DNA of 35,336 nucleotides from a virus: UHGV virus genome UHGV-0373725; one strand, 5' to 3'. Shown piece by piece: positions 22,923 to 33,622 of this stretch (position 1 is its first letter; each line of letters starts with the position of its first letter). The notes under the pieces were generated by a model. It saw only the letters and a program-made list of their open reading frames with translations, ran no database searches and was not told where the DNA came from. The position numbers and the translations under genes were made by a program.

Positions 22923-25634
22923 GTGAGAATTCCAACGGGTAATTTTGGTAATGTGACACCGCAGGCACAGCAGACGCGTGTCGCTGTTAGCAATGTAGGC
23001 ACTATAGGCAATGCGGTGTCTGGTTTTGGGACCGCTACAGGGCAGGTAGCAGAACAAGTACAGCATGAGCAGGATAAAGCCGATGTGGCAGCCACGCAGG
23101 CGATTCTGACTGATCTGGAAGCTAAATCTAATGACCGCTGGGAAAACCCGGAGACGGGCGCCACGGTCACTCGTCAGGGCTTTAAATCGTCCGGTGTGGT
23201 AACCGATATGGATAAGGCCGACGCTGGCGATTACGAGGAAGCGCGGAAGCGCGTACCGCCCAACCAGTTAAACTATTTTGATGCGCAGTGGAAAGCAGGG
23301 CAGGTACGCCGGACAAGTACCTACAGCGGTTTCGAGCGTGCACAGACGGATGAGGCCCAGCGGCAGCAGCTTAATGCGACGGTGACCACTTCCGTCGAAC
23401 AAGAGGCCAGCGCATACGATAATCCGATGCAGGCAGGGCTGATACGTAGCGCCCGTAAACACTCGATCGAGATGTATGGCCAGGCGCGTGGCTGGCCGCA
23501 GGAGCGCATCGACGCGGCGGTATCAGAAGCGAACCAAAAAGCGCTGGAGCAGCGCGCGCAGAACTACGCGGTAACCAATCCCACTGGCTGGCTGAATGGC
23601 GATTTTACGTTGATTAACAGCAGCACCGGCGAACTCGATATGCGCGCCGTTGGCCTGGTGGAGTCCGGTGGTAAGCACCGCAATGCGGATGGTAGTCTTG
23701 TTACATCGCCCGCTGGCGCGCAGGGTGAATTTCAGTTGATGCCGGACACAGGGAAAGAACTGGCGGCTAAACGTGGCGTGGAATACAACCCGGACGATCC
23801 TGTGCAGCATGCGCAGCTGGCGCGTGATTATGCCGGGCAGCTCAGTAAAAAATACCAGTCAGAACCACTGGCCGGGGCCGCGTATAACTGGGGGATGGGT
23901 AACGTCGATAAACTGATCGCCAAAGTGGGCGACCCGCGCAAAGGCGAAATCTCGATGGCGGATTTCGTTAAGCAGCTACCCGCAGAAACGCGCGGTTGGT
24001 TGTCCCGCTACAACAAAAATAAAACCGGTCTCGACCCGGTAGCAGTAAACAAAATCGACAATATCGCCGAAGCGCAGATCCGGCAGCAGCGTACGGCGCT
24101 GCGCCAGCAGATTGACCCGATTCTCAATAATACAATGGCGCAGCTGTATAACGGCGAGGTGCCGGATGCTATGCCGAACGCCTCCACCATTTTGTTTGCG
24201 TATGGTGAGCAGGGGCAAACAGCGGTCAAGCAGCTGGATATCGCGATTGATAACGCCAGAACCTTCCAGGCTATTCAGTACGCCACCCCGGCAGAACAGC
24301 AGGCCGAACTGGCGAAGGTGAAGCCGCAGGCAAACGATCCCGATTTTGCGCTAAAACTTGATGCACACGGCAAACTTAGCGCGCTGGTGCAGAAGAGCAA
24401 CGCCAATATTCAGGCGCAGCGCGACTCCGCCCGCTTTAACGATGCGCTGCTCTCCGGCGAGAAACTCGACCCGAGCAATAAATCTATGCAGAGGGCGGCG
24501 GACAATACGCCATCGGCGCTTAATTTCCGCATTAACGATGCAACCACCCACGATGCTATCGTACAGCAGGTAAACCAGACCGGCATTGTTCCGTCGCAGG
24601 TAACATCACAGCTCAATGCTATTTCCCGCTCCAGTAGCTCAGATGTAGTGAAGCAAGGCGCTGAAATATTCAATAGGCTTTACGACTCTAAATCTTCTAA
24701 CGTCAGTGATATGCCAAAAGATATACAAAGTTTTTATCTGACAATTAAGCAATTGACCGAAGCTGGTATGGCTTCTGATGAGGCAGTGAAACAGGCACAG
24801 AATATAACCTATAACCAGAACGATGCATTAAAAAATCAGTTAACTTCGACGCAGAGCACTAAAGAATATAAAAGCGAGCGAGATAGTGCTATGGATTCAG
24901 CTCGAAATAGTATGGCTCAGTGGTTCAGAATTGATCCAAAGGCAAGCGATACAACAACTGATGCAGTTAATTTTCGAAATGACTACCAGTCCCTTTACGA
25001 TATCAACTATCGAAATTCTGGTGGGAATTCTGAAATTGCCAAAAAAATGACCAACACTCAAATCTCTCGTAACTGGAGCATTAGCGAAGTGAACGGCAAG
25101 GCCCAGTTCATGAAATATGCACCAGAAGCACTATATAACTTTGGTCCGTCAGGTTGGCAGGCTGAACTGTGGAAAGAAAAAAAAGAGGAACTAATGTATG
25201 GCGAGCGTAATGAGGAGATCTCTACCAGCCCAACGCAGTTAGGAATCACGTCAGGAACTGCAACAAATATTATCTCAAACACCCCCGAGTCTAAAGTTGG
25301 TGGTGAATTGGAAATTGTGCCTGATGTATATACTCCAAGAATTAAAGATTATGCAATTTGGATTCGCTTTAAGGATAAAGATGGTAATGAAAAGGCACAG
25401 CCTTATAACGACAAATTTGGTAGGCAAATGCGGTGGAGGCCATCCCTAGAGGAATGGGGGCCTTACCAGAAAATGCAGAAGGAACGAGAGCAGAAAGAAC
25501 AGGATGAAATTTCGCGCGGAAAAGATATTCGCGGATTTAAAGCGAAACATCGAGCATTGGATGAGCAGTACCAGCGTTTGCATGATGAGCGACTTGAACG
25601 TACGAAAAATTATTTTTCATGGAGTAATGAATAA
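22923..25634 (+). CDS. Internal virion protein (T7 gp15 position) carrying a soluble lytic transglycosylase domain
   Basis: 903 aa, GTG start; SLT signature ~23630-23960 (GLVESGG...GEFQLMPDTG...AAYNWGMGNV); 3' third of the gene is AT-rich. Confidence 0.65.
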   Translation: MRIPTGNFGNVTPQAQQTRVAVSNVGTIGNAVSGFGTATGQVAEQVQHEQDKADVAATQAILTDLEAKSNDRWENPETGATVTRQGFKSSGVVTDMDKADAGDYEEARKRVPPNQLNYFDAQWKAGQVRRTSTYSGFERAQTDEAQRQQLNATVTTSVEQEASAYDNPMQAGLIRSARKHSIEMYGQARGWPQERIDAAVSEANQKALEQRAQNYAVTNPTGWLNGDFTLINSSTGELDMRAVGLVESGGKHRNADGSLVTSPAGAQGEFQLMPDTGKELAAKRGVEYNPDDPVQHAQLARDYAGQLSKKYQSEPLAGAAYNWGMGNVDKLIAKVGDPRKGEISMADFVKQLPAETRGWLSRYNKNKTGLDPVAVNKIDNIAEAQIRQQRTALRQQIDPILNNTMAQLYNGEVPDAMPNASTILFAYGEQGQTAVKQLDIAIDNARTFQAIQYATPAEQQAELAKVKPQANDPDFALKLDAHGKLSALVQKSNANIQAQRDSARFNDALLSGEKLDPSNKSMQRAADNTPSALNFRINDATTHDAIVQQVNQTGIVPSQVTSQLNAISRSSSSDVVKQGAEIFNRLYDSKSSNVSDMPKDIQSFYLTIKQLTEAGMASDEAVKQAQNITYNQNDALKNQLTSTQSTKEYKSERDSAMDSARNSMAQWFRIDPKASDTTTDAVNFRNDYQSLYDINYRNSGGNSEIAKKMTNTQISRNWSISEVNGKAQFMKYAPEALYNFGPSGWQAELWKEKKEELMYGERNEEISTSPTQLGITSGTATNIISNTPESKVGGELEIVPDVYTPRIKDYAIWIRFKDKDGNEKAQPYNDKFGRQMRWRPSLEEWGPYQKMQKEREQKEQDEISRGKDIRGFKAKHRALDEQYQRLHDERLERTKNYFSWSNE

Positions 25635-28537
25635 TGCCAATTTACCCCACACCCAGCGAATTCAGTAATGGTTATATACCTGCTGGTAGCGCCCTGGATG
25701 CCCCAGTAGGGTTCGATATTGATTTACCTGAAGGTGCAAACCCGGAACCTCAACCGCCACAACCGTCCGTATGGAGCGCTGCATTCCGACAGAATAACCT
25801 ACTAGCAGGGATTTTTCGGCCTGCAAAACAATTTGAACCGGCTGAAGGGTATAACCCTTACGCTGATAAGAATGAAATTCACGGCTATGAGCAATGGGGA
25901 TCTGCTTTCGCAGATTCTCAGTCACCAGAAGAAACAGCCTGGATTAAAAACCAGATTGACGATGAAAACGAAGACCGCCGTGTACTGTCCGAGGCTGGCA
26001 CAGAGGGAACTTTAGCCAGTATCGCTGCTGGGGCTATCGATCCTGTCACGGTGGCTTCGATGTTCATCCCCGGCGCCCAGGGAACTCTGGTTGCGCGCAT
26101 TGGTTCGCAGGTTGCTATCGGTGCTGCTGGTACCGCGCTTAGCGAGGTTGTGCTCAACAACGAACAGTATACCAGAACAGCCAGGGAGAGTGCCGCGCAT
26201 ATCACAGCCGGCGCACTTCTCAGCGGTGTATTTGCTACTGCTGGCGCTATGATCACCCCATCGGTAAGAAATGCGGCAACCCGGGAAGTAGCCGAGGCGC
26301 TCGATAATATGAATGCCTCGCCAACGATTAATAACGCAGCCGACGCCCTGGCGGATACTTTACCGAACGGTGGCAGCGTCGGCGCTATGCGTATTCGCGA
26401 GGCGACGCTGGAAGACCTCACGCCAGTGTCCGGCGGCCCGCTCGGCAAGCTGGCTAAAAAGGCCGGTAGCTATCTGACGCCGATCACCCGCCTGATGGAA
26501 TCCCCATCAAAAGAAGCGCGCCGGACAGCGCTGGAGCTGGCGGAGAATAACTTCACGCTGGAAGGCAACCTGCGCGGTATCGAAACTCCGGTAGCTGCCG
26601 AGACGCGCGTACGTGGCTGGCGCCGCGAAGAGGCGGCCGTCGTTACTGCTAATAAGCAGGCATACACCCAGTATAAAGCCGAGGGCGGCGATCTGGGTTA
26701 TACGGCCTTCCGTGAACAGGTTGGTGAGGCGCTGCGTAACGGCGACGTGCACGTTAATGCGAAAGTGCAGGAAGCGGCGCAGGCAATGCGTACGGTCATT
26801 AACCGCGTGAAGACAGCCCAGCAGGAACTGGGCTTACTCCCGCCGGATGCCGAATTGAAAGCGATGGGGCAGACCAGCTATTTCCCGCGCGTGTACAAGG
26901 TGGGGAAAATCGTTAGCGAGCGCGATAAATTCCGCAATATGCTGGTTGACTGGTGGTCACGCGGTGAGAAAACCATGTCCCGCGAAGATGCCGAAATCGC
27001 CGCCGATACCACTATTAACCGTATTGTCGGGGCCAAAATTCCGCAGGAGTTCGCCAACGTCTTTATGGTGAAAGCGCCGGGTAGCACTAAATCGCGTACG
27101 TTGAGTGTTCCCGATCGTCTGATGAAAGACTATCTGGAGAGCGATGCAAATTACGTCCTGCAGCGTCATATCCGCGAAGCCTCAGCGGAGATCGAATTAA
27201 CCCGCACCTTTGGCAACAAATCGCTGGATTCGCAGCTTGCCGCCATCCAGGACGAATACGACGCGCTGATGCGTTTACGCCCGGCAGAACAGGAAAAGCT
27301 GGCGAAGGCGCGCGAAGCCGACCTGCGCGATATTCTGGCGCTCCGCGATCGCCTCGTTGGAACCTACGGTATGCCGGATGATCCATCATCATTTTTCGTT
27401 CGCGCCGGTGCTTTCCTGCGTAGTGCCAACTTTGTAACGAAACTCGGTGGCATGACGGTATCCGCTATTCCGGATCTGGCGCGCGGCATGATGGTTAACG
27501 GCTTCAGCAATACCATGCGTGGATATGGCGCGCTGATCACTCGATCACCGGCTTACCTCGCCAGCCGGGCGGAGCAGAAGAAAATGGCTGTAGGGCTGGA
27601 AACTATTCTTCAAACCCGCTCGCGTACGATGGGCGATCTGGTGGATAGCTCTTCGCGCACCACTGCGATCGAAGCGGGCATGGAGCGCATTACCGATGTG
27701 TTCGGCAAGCTGACCATGATGGGCCACTTTGACGACATGAACAAATCGGTAAATGGCATGATTACTTCAGACGGTATTTTGTCAGGTGCGTTCCCGGCGA
27801 AACGTCTGGCTAAGCTCGGCATCAATGACAAAATGGCCGAACGCATCCAGAAAGAGTTTCAGAAGCACGGCGAAGTCATTCAGGGCTGGCATATCGGCAA
27901 TTTCGAAAAATGGGATGACCAGTACGCCGCCGGCTTGCTGCAATCTGCGGTACTGAAAGACGTAAACAATACCGTTATCACGCCGGGTATCGGTGATACG
28001 CCGCTATGGGCCAGTACCCCGCTGGGGAAAACTGTATTCCAGTTTAAGTCTTTTGCTACGGCATCCTATAACCGCGCGACGCTCGGTGGCCTGCAGGAAG
28101 GTACCGCGCAATTCTATTACGGTACCGCCTTCCAGATTGGCCTGGGCTCATTGACCTATGCGCTTAAGCAGGCGGCTAACGGTCGCGAGGTTGATTTGAC
28201 GCCGCAGAAGATGGTACTAGAGGGTATCGACCGTTCGGGTATCCTCGGCCCGCTGATGGAATACAACAACATGGCGGAAAAGGCATCTGGCGGCATGATA
28301 GGACTTGGGCCATTGCTCGGCACCGGTACGCAATCCCGTTATGCCAGCCGCGGCTTTATCGGTTCTGCTCTGGGGCCAACCTTTGGCCTGCTGGATACTG
28401 TAACCGATGTGACCGCTGGCGTGCTGAATGGCGACGCTGGAGACCGGGTCCTGCATAGCGCGCGAACGCTGTTACCGGGCAATAACCTGTTCTGGATCGC
28501 GCCGCTGATTAACCAGGTCGATCCCGGTATGCGTTGA
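25634..28537 (+). CDS. Large internal virion / ejection protein (T7 gp16 position)
   Basis: 967 aa; synteny after the gp14/gp15-like genes; TAATG overlap with the upstream gene. Confidence 0.55.
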   Translation: MPIYPTPSEFSNGYIPAGSALDAPVGFDIDLPEGANPEPQPPQPSVWSAAFRQNNLLAGIFRPAKQFEPAEGYNPYADKNEIHGYEQWGSAFADSQSPEETAWIKNQIDDENEDRRVLSEAGTEGTLASIAAGAIDPVTVASMFIPGAQGTLVARIGSQVAIGAAGTALSEVVLNNEQYTRTARESAAHITAGALLSGVFATAGAMITPSVRNAATREVAEALDNMNASPTINNAADALADTLPNGGSVGAMRIREATLEDLTPVSGGPLGKLAKKAGSYLTPITRLMESPSKEARRTALELAENNFTLEGNLRGIETPVAAETRVRGWRREEAAVVTANKQAYTQYKAEGGDLGYTAFREQVGEALRNGDVHVNAKVQEAAQAMRTVINRVKTAQQELGLLPPDAELKAMGQTSYFPRVYKVGKIVSERDKFRNMLVDWWSRGEKTMSREDAEIAADTTINRIVGAKIPQEFANVFMVKAPGSTKSRTLSVPDRLMKDYLESDANYVLQRHIREASAEIELTRTFGNKSLDSQLAAIQDEYDALMRLRPAEQEKLAKAREADLRDILALRDRLVGTYGMPDDPSSFFVRAGAFLRSANFVTKLGGMTVSAIPDLARGMMVNGFSNTMRGYGALITRSPAYLASRAEQKKMAVGLETILQTRSRTMGDLVDSSSRTTAIEAGMERITDVFGKLTMMGHFDDMNKSVNGMITSDGILSGAFPAKRLAKLGINDKMAERIQKEFQKHGEVIQGWHIGNFEKWDDQYAAGLLQSAVLKDVNNTVITPGIGDTPLWASTPLGKTVFQFKSFATASYNRATLGGLQEGTAQFYYGTAFQIGLGSLTYALKQAANGREVDLTPQKMVLEGIDRSGILGPLMEYNNMAEKASGGMIGLGPLLGTGTQSRYASRGFIGSALGPTFGLLDTVTDVTAGVLNGDAGDRVLHSARTLLPGNNLFWIAPLINQVDPGMR

Positions 28538-28541
28538 TAGC

Positions 28542-28976
28542 CTAGTTACACGAACTAACAGTAACTGCATTGAAGAATGTTCCGGAGGGGTAGGTGTAAA
28601 CATATTGCATCTCCCCACCTAATCTAATGAATGAACCCAGTGGATTTTTATTCGTGCATAACCCATTTTTTGTTATTTCATCCATTCGAGATTTAGCAAC
28701 GTCGATTGAAGTATGGGTCTCTGAAGCGGTAGCCAGCATTTCTTCTTCGGTTACGCCTAGCCTTACCTGCGCGATTATTTTGTTTCCATCAGCAGAAACA
28801 TCTTTCATTATTACGTTTTCTGATAACGTTAAGGGCAGTCTGGGGCGTACCTGAGTGACGATTTTCTGAGCCTGTTCGCATACATCAAACTCAGTTAAGT
28901 TTGGTTTACACTTATCTGCTGCGAATGCCGGATGTGAGATCATTACTAATATCGAAATTAGACCAATTTTTTTCAT
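28542..28976 (-). CDS. Opposite-strand moron: small secreted or periplasmic protein (144 aa) with signal peptide
   Basis: N-terminus MKKIGLISILVMISHPAFA (signal peptide with AFA-A cleavage-like site); four Cys; AT-rich; convergent with the gp16-like gene with a 4-nt gap; own upstream AT-rich region 28977-29060. Confidence 0.7.
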   Translation of the reverse strand: MKKIGLISILVMISHPAFAADKCKPNLTEFDVCEQAQKIVTQVRPRLPLTLSENVIMKDVSADGNKIIAQVRLGVTEEEMLATASETHTSIDVAKSRMDEITKNGLCTNKNPLGSFIRLGGEMQYVYTYPSGTFFNAVTVSSCN

Positions 28977-29066
28977 GAAAAATAAACGCCTTTAGCTGAG
29001 TGTTAGGTATAAGAAACATTTAACAAAAAACCATACAGCGATCAATTTTATAATTAGATTAGAAAT

Positions 29067-29082
29067 AGTCAGGATTCCGACC
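29067..29082 (+). promoter_or_regulatory. Conserved late element AGTCAGGATTCCGACC, copy 2 (upstream of the putative small terminase gene)
   Basis: Same core as copies 1, 3 and 4; flank shared with copy 4. Confidence 0.6.
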
Positions 29083-29129
29083 TCTAAGCCGACACATCAT
29101 AGCCCTATGGATAAACACGGGGCTTTTTT

Positions 29130-29471
29130 ATGCATTCAGATTACAAAACTCGCCTTACTGCTCTTAGCGATAAGCTCACCGACGTAGTTCTGGAAGAAGC
29201 CGATCCGGATAACTGGCCGGGGGCAGGGAAGGAAATCACAAAGCACACTAAACAGGAACGCGGTGATCGGTACTGGCATAAGAAGAACGCGGCCGCATCG
29301 CTGACGCTGCTGGTAAAAGTCCATTCGCTGATTGGCATGCATACGCGCGGGGGGACGCCTAAACCCGGCGAGGATCCGGACGATGAAGCATTCCGCCTGG
29401 GGCAACAGGTATCTGCGGCTGAACGGGCAGCACAGGAAGTTATCGAACGCATACAACAGCGGAAAAAATGA
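29130..29471 (+). CDS. Putative terminase small subunit (by position)
   Basis: 113 aa; 4-nt overlap with the large terminase start; no diagnostic motif recognised. Confidence 0.4.
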   Translation: MHSDYKTRLTALSDKLTDVVLEEADPDNWPGAGKEITKHTKQERGDRYWHKKNAAASLTLLVKVHSLIGMHTRGGTPKPGEDPDDEAFRLGQQVSAAERAAQEVIERIQQRKK

Positions 29472-31078
29472 TTTCATTCGTCGCCTTTTTCATCATATGG
29501 GCGGAGCGGATGGGGTGGGAGGTTCCCGACTGCCATTATCGAGCCTGCCACTGGTTGGAACACCGCGGGGATCTCGCGGTGCTTCGCTGTTTTCGTGGCT
29601 TTGGTAAATCTACCATTCTGGCGGTGTATAACGCATGGCGATATTACCAGAACCGCCAGTACCGCATTCTTCACCAGTCTGAAGCTGACGGCACCGCGTA
29701 CAAAACCAGCCGCGATACGCAGAACGTTTTACGCAATCACCCACTGACCAAAGGCATGCTACCGGACGGACAGGGAACCGTTGAACAGTGGTGGGTTAAC
29801 GGCTCTCTGGATATGCGTAACGGCAGCATGTACGCAAAGGGGATCCTCTCTAACGTTACCTCGGCCCGCGCTGATGAATGCCAGAACGATGACGTAGAAG
29901 TACCCCGCAATATCCAGACGCCAGAGGCGCGGGAAAAGCTGCGTTATCGTCTCGGTGAACAGACACACATTCTTGTCCCCGGCGGGCGAAAGCTGTTTAT
30001 CGGCACGCCGCATACCCACGATAGCCTTTACGATGAGGTTGAATCTATGGGCGCCGACTGTCTGACCATCAAACTATTCGGTAAAGAATTTAGAATCGAG
30101 GAAAAACAGGCCACTGCGAGCCGTTACTCGTTACCGTTCCGGCCGGAATATGTTTTCGTCGGTATTCACATTGGCGCGCGACTGCTCGTTGAAGGTGTTG
30201 ATTATCGTCTTAACGATGACGGTATCGAGTTTGCCGAGGCTCCCGGCACCACGGTTGACTGTTACGCCGATTGTGAATGGCCAGAAAGGTTCACTCCGGA
30301 GGAAATGACAAAGCGCCGTCGCGAGACTCGCACAATTAACGAATGGGACAGCCAGTACCAGCTGCACAGTAAACCGGTTGGCGAGGTTCGTCTCGATCCC
30401 GACCGCATACGCGAATACAACGTACAGCCTGAAATCCGGTACGCGAACCGCTCCTGCTCGATGTGGCTTGGCCAGACGCAAATTGTTGGTGCTGTTGCCT
30501 GGTGGGATGTGGCCACCGGCAAAGTTAAGGCCGACGCCTCGGCGTTCTCTCTGATTTTCACCGACGCACGCGGGCATCTGTACTGGCATGTTTGCCAGGG
30601 GCTTACGGGCGAACTGGCGGAATTCGACGACAACGACAAAATCACCGGCGGTCAGGTGATGCAGATTAAAGAGCTGGTGCTTAAATACCAGATCCCGCTG
30701 GTCTGCGTCGAGGTGAACGGCCCGGGCAGCTTTGCCGGGAAATTGCTGATTCAGGCACTAAAGGGTACCGGCTGCGGCGTACGGGAAGAATTCAGCGTGA
30801 CCAATAAACAAAAGCGCATCCTCGATGCATTCGAAGCGCCGCTGTCGTCGCGCTTCCTCTGGGCGCATACCGACGTGCTCGACGGCCCAATGTATGACCA
30901 GATGCGCGACTTTAACCCGGCGCTGACTAATCAGCCAGATGACTTTATCGACTCTGGCTCTGGCGCAATCAGCTCAACACCAGTGCGCATTGGTAAATTG
31001 GTCGGGATTCCGACCGCACAGGCGCGGGAACATTGGCAACCAAATGATGGCGATCACATGGTCGCCGTAGATTACTAG
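29468..31078 (+). CDS. Terminase large subunit, T7 gp19-like
   Basis: N-terminal region aligns with T7 gp19 (FVAF..W...LRCFRGFGKSTIL versus T7 FRGIGKSFI Walker A region); 536 aa. Confidence 0.85.
   Translation: MISFVAFFIIWAERMGWEVPDCHYRACHWLEHRGDLAVLRCFRGFGKSTILAVYNAWRYYQNRQYRILHQSEADGTAYKTSRDTQNVLRNHPLTKGMLPDGQGTVEQWWVNGSLDMRNGSMYAKGILSNVTSARADECQNDDVEVPRNIQTPEAREKLRYRLGEQTHILVPGGRKLFIGTPHTHDSLYDEVESMGADCLTIKLFGKEFRIEEKQATASRYSLPFRPEYVFVGIHIGARLLVEGVDYRLNDDGIEFAEAPGTTVDCYADCEWPERFTPEEMTKRRRETRTINEWDSQYQLHSKPVGEVRLDPDRIREYNVQPEIRYANRSCSMWLGQTQIVGAVAWWDVATGKVKADASAFSLIFTDARGHLYWHVCQGLTGELAEFDDNDKITGGQVMQIKELVLKYQIPLVCVEVNGPGSFAGKLLIQALKGTGCGVREEFSVTNKQKRILDAFEAPLSSRFLWAHTDVLDGPMYDQMRDFNPALTNQPDDFIDSGSGAISSTPVRIGKLVGIPTAQAREHWQPNDGDHMVAVDY
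31000..31015 (+). promoter_or_regulatory. Conserved late element GGTCGGGATTCCGACC, copy 3 (inside the 3' end of the terminase gene, 80 bp upstream of the tailspike start)
   Basis: Identical 22-nt stretch to copy 1 apart from one base. Confidence 0.6.
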
Positions 31079-31095
31079 CCGCCGGAGTTCCTCGT

Positions 31096-33615
31096 ATGTC
31101 GGTACCGAACCAGACACCCTATAACATCTATACCGCCAACGGGCTGACGACTGTCTTTGCCTATGAGTTTTACCTGATCAGCGCCAGCGATATTCAGGTC
31201 ACAATCAACGGCAACGAAGTAACGTCCGGCTATACAGTGTCTGGTGTGGGTAATACTGGCGGTGGCGAAGTTACTTTTCTGACCGCGCCGGCCAATGGCG
31301 CTACAGTCATTTTTGAACGTGTAACGCCGACTTACAGGCTCACTGATTACCAGGACAACGGCGACCTGCTGGCCGATACAGTTAACAAAGATTTTGACCG
31401 TCTCTGGATGGCTATTCAGCGCGCGTTTATTTATCTCGGAGTGGCCCTAAGTCGCCCGCTGTTCGGCGGTGGACCTTTCAACGCTAACGGCTACCGGATA
31501 GCAAATCTGGCCGATCCAGTTAACGATCAGGATGCAGCTACTAAAAAATTTGTAATTGAAAATGGAAAAATTAATCTAGCTCGTACTCTACGCGTTCCGG
31601 AGTCTAGCATCACACCGTTACCTTCCATTGCAGAACGAAAAAATAAAATCGTTGCAATGGATAATAATGGCAATCCATTGATGGTATTGCCTTCGAGTGG
31701 AAGTGCAGCAGATGTAATGATTGAGTATGCCAAACCGACAGGTAGCGGGCATATAGGGGTTCTTACTGGAGGCACCGTTGAAGATGCAATAAAATACGTA
31801 ACCCCTGAAATGATAAGGATTAATGGTGAAAGATATATTCACGGCATCACTGCTGATGCAACTAAATTTCTACAGGCAGCTATAGATTACGGAAAAGCTA
31901 ATAACCTTCCGGTATATTTAACTAAAATGTATCCGTGCATATCTTCACCGATAGAGTTTAATTTGCCATTCGACGATGGGACTGTATACCCAGGGTGGAT
32001 AGGGAACGGTGATTCAAATATTGCTCCTGAAATACCAGTTAAGGCAAAAGCAGCACTGCGTGTTTATGATGATTCAATGATTGTTGGTGAAAACCAACAC
32101 AATTGTGGGATTATTGGTAATTTTTCAAAAACTGCGGGACCATGGGATCATACATCTTCCATGGGTCTATACATCGCAGGTGACAGCGGACCAGATCAAT
32201 ACATAAAGTATCACCTTTCTGATTTCAGGATTAGCGGATTCTTTATTGGGCAATGGGTAGACGGGACTGTAAACCGCTGTGTAGAAAATAATATGATGTA
32301 CTCAGGGTGTGCCATTCCTGCTTGTTATCAAGGATCTGATTCTCTGGCGCAAACTGGGCTGACATTATATTGGTATAATATTACAGGCCCTGTTTTTGGC
32401 GGGCGCTGGCTAACGAGAAATCATGCATACGCGTCTCAGTACCTTCCGCCGTACCCGGCATCAGATATTCATCGGGCGGGATGGAATGATTCGTACCATG
32501 TAGACAAGTTTCATTATTATGGTGATACCGGCATGGACTGGACACATCCAGCATATGCCGCTCTTGACACTTGGTTTGATACGTATGTTTTCAAGTCTGC
32601 AAACTGCTTGCCTACGGCCAGCGGTGGTCGGTTGTCAAATAATCAGCAGAATGGGGTTTACCCAGTTGATACCTATAGAGGTATAGCTGGGCGCGCAAGA
32701 ACTATTATTTCACTTCCGGGAAGGGAGATATTGCATTGCAATATTGGTGAGGCTAAAGTGCTGTGGTCTCCAAGAACGCCATTCTACCACTCTGCTCAAT
32801 TCGTTGACGGATTTAAATCATATGTTGGTAACAGTAAAATAAGGACTCTTATACTGGAAAGGGTAGGAATCATCAAGTATGGCCTTGGTGATGTTGCTGG
32901 AAATAGATTTAATGTTAATAATGTTGATCCCTACGAACCATCTCTTTCAACATTTCCAGCGATGGCAACAAGAGGAAATATTTTCGCCCTTGATATTGTA
33001 AAAGGTGGCGCGGTTCAGGCTGCCCCAGTTAATGAATTTAACGGCACAAGAATCGGTGCCGGTGAGAATATAGTTGCTCAAAGAAAGCTTGGAGATAATT
33101 CAAACTATCGTCTTTTCGGTCTTCAGGAGTTAAACGGAACAAATTTATCCGATAAGTATGTTTTTAATCGAAATGATGCCTATATGCCGCCAATAGCTTT
33201 TCCCGGTGGTAATGCTGCTCAGTTTAAGTATCTTTATGGCACATTCGCACCAACTATTACAATTGGCGGCGCAAGCGTAATACCATCATCCATTATTGGA
33301 ATTTACCGTCGGTTTGGTGATGTTGTTCGTTGCGATATAAGGGTCAGATCAACCTCTTTACTGGTTAGCACTGCGGGCGCCATAGTAATTAGTGGTCTTC
33401 CTTTTACAGCCGCTTCTATACAGGAGGGTGGGTCTAAAGGAAGCATAATTCTTAGTACGGCTACAGGGGTTTTAGTTATGCCGCTTGTTCCTGCTGGGAC
33501 AAATCAAATGACGATTATTAAATCGTCAGCCCAAGAAATATATTCTCAAGCAGCTGGTACTTTTGATTTCACTCTCCAGTGTACTTTTGATTATGTTGTT
33601 CCTTTTAATTCATGA
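31096..33615 (+). CDS. Tailspike / tail fibre with T7 gp17-like N-terminal adaptor domain and a divergent AT-rich C-terminal receptor-binding domain
   Basis: N-terminal ~150 aa align with T7 gp17 (ANGYRIANLADPVNDQDAATKKFV versus T7 ARGRRIVNLANAVDDRDAVPFGQL); GC content drops from about position 31500. Confidence 0.8.
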   Translation: MSVPNQTPYNIYTANGLTTVFAYEFYLISASDIQVTINGNEVTSGYTVSGVGNTGGGEVTFLTAPANGATVIFERVTPTYRLTDYQDNGDLLADTVNKDFDRLWMAIQRAFIYLGVALSRPLFGGGPFNANGYRIANLADPVNDQDAATKKFVIENGKINLARTLRVPESSITPLPSIAERKNKIVAMDNNGNPLMVLPSSGSAADVMIEYAKPTGSGHIGVLTGGTVEDAIKYVTPEMIRINGERYIHGITADATKFLQAAIDYGKANNLPVYLTKMYPCISSPIEFNLPFDDGTVYPGWIGNGDSNIAPEIPVKAKAALRVYDDSMIVGENQHNCGIIGNFSKTAGPWDHTSSMGLYIAGDSGPDQYIKYHLSDFRISGFFIGQWVDGTVNRCVENNMMYSGCAIPACYQGSDSLAQTGLTLYWYNITGPVFGGRWLTRNHAYASQYLPPYPASDIHRAGWNDSYHVDKFHYYGDTGMDWTHPAYAALDTWFDTYVFKSANCLPTASGGRLSNNQQNGVYPVDTYRGIAGRARTIISLPGREILHCNIGEAKVLWSPRTPFYHSAQFVDGFKSYVGNSKIRTLILERVGIIKYGLGDVAGNRFNVNNVDPYEPSLSTFPAMATRGNIFALDIVKGGAVQAAPVNEFNGTRIGAGENIVAQRKLGDNSNYRLFGLQELNGTNLSDKYVFNRNDAYMPPIAFPGGNAAQFKYLYGTFAPTITIGGASVIPSSIIGIYRRFGDVVRCDIRVRSTSLLVSTAGAIVISGLPFTAASIQEGGSKGSIILSTATGVLVMPLVPAGTNQMTIIKSSAQEIYSQAAGTFDFTLQCTFDYVVPFNS

Positions 33616-33622
33616 GGCAAAT

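Noticed and set aside
25918-26448. 176-aa minus-strand ORF inside the gp16-like gene (also 10126-10635 and 30131-30589 inside the methyltransferase and terminase regions)
   Set aside because: All are antisense to well-supported plus-strand genes and lack start-site context.
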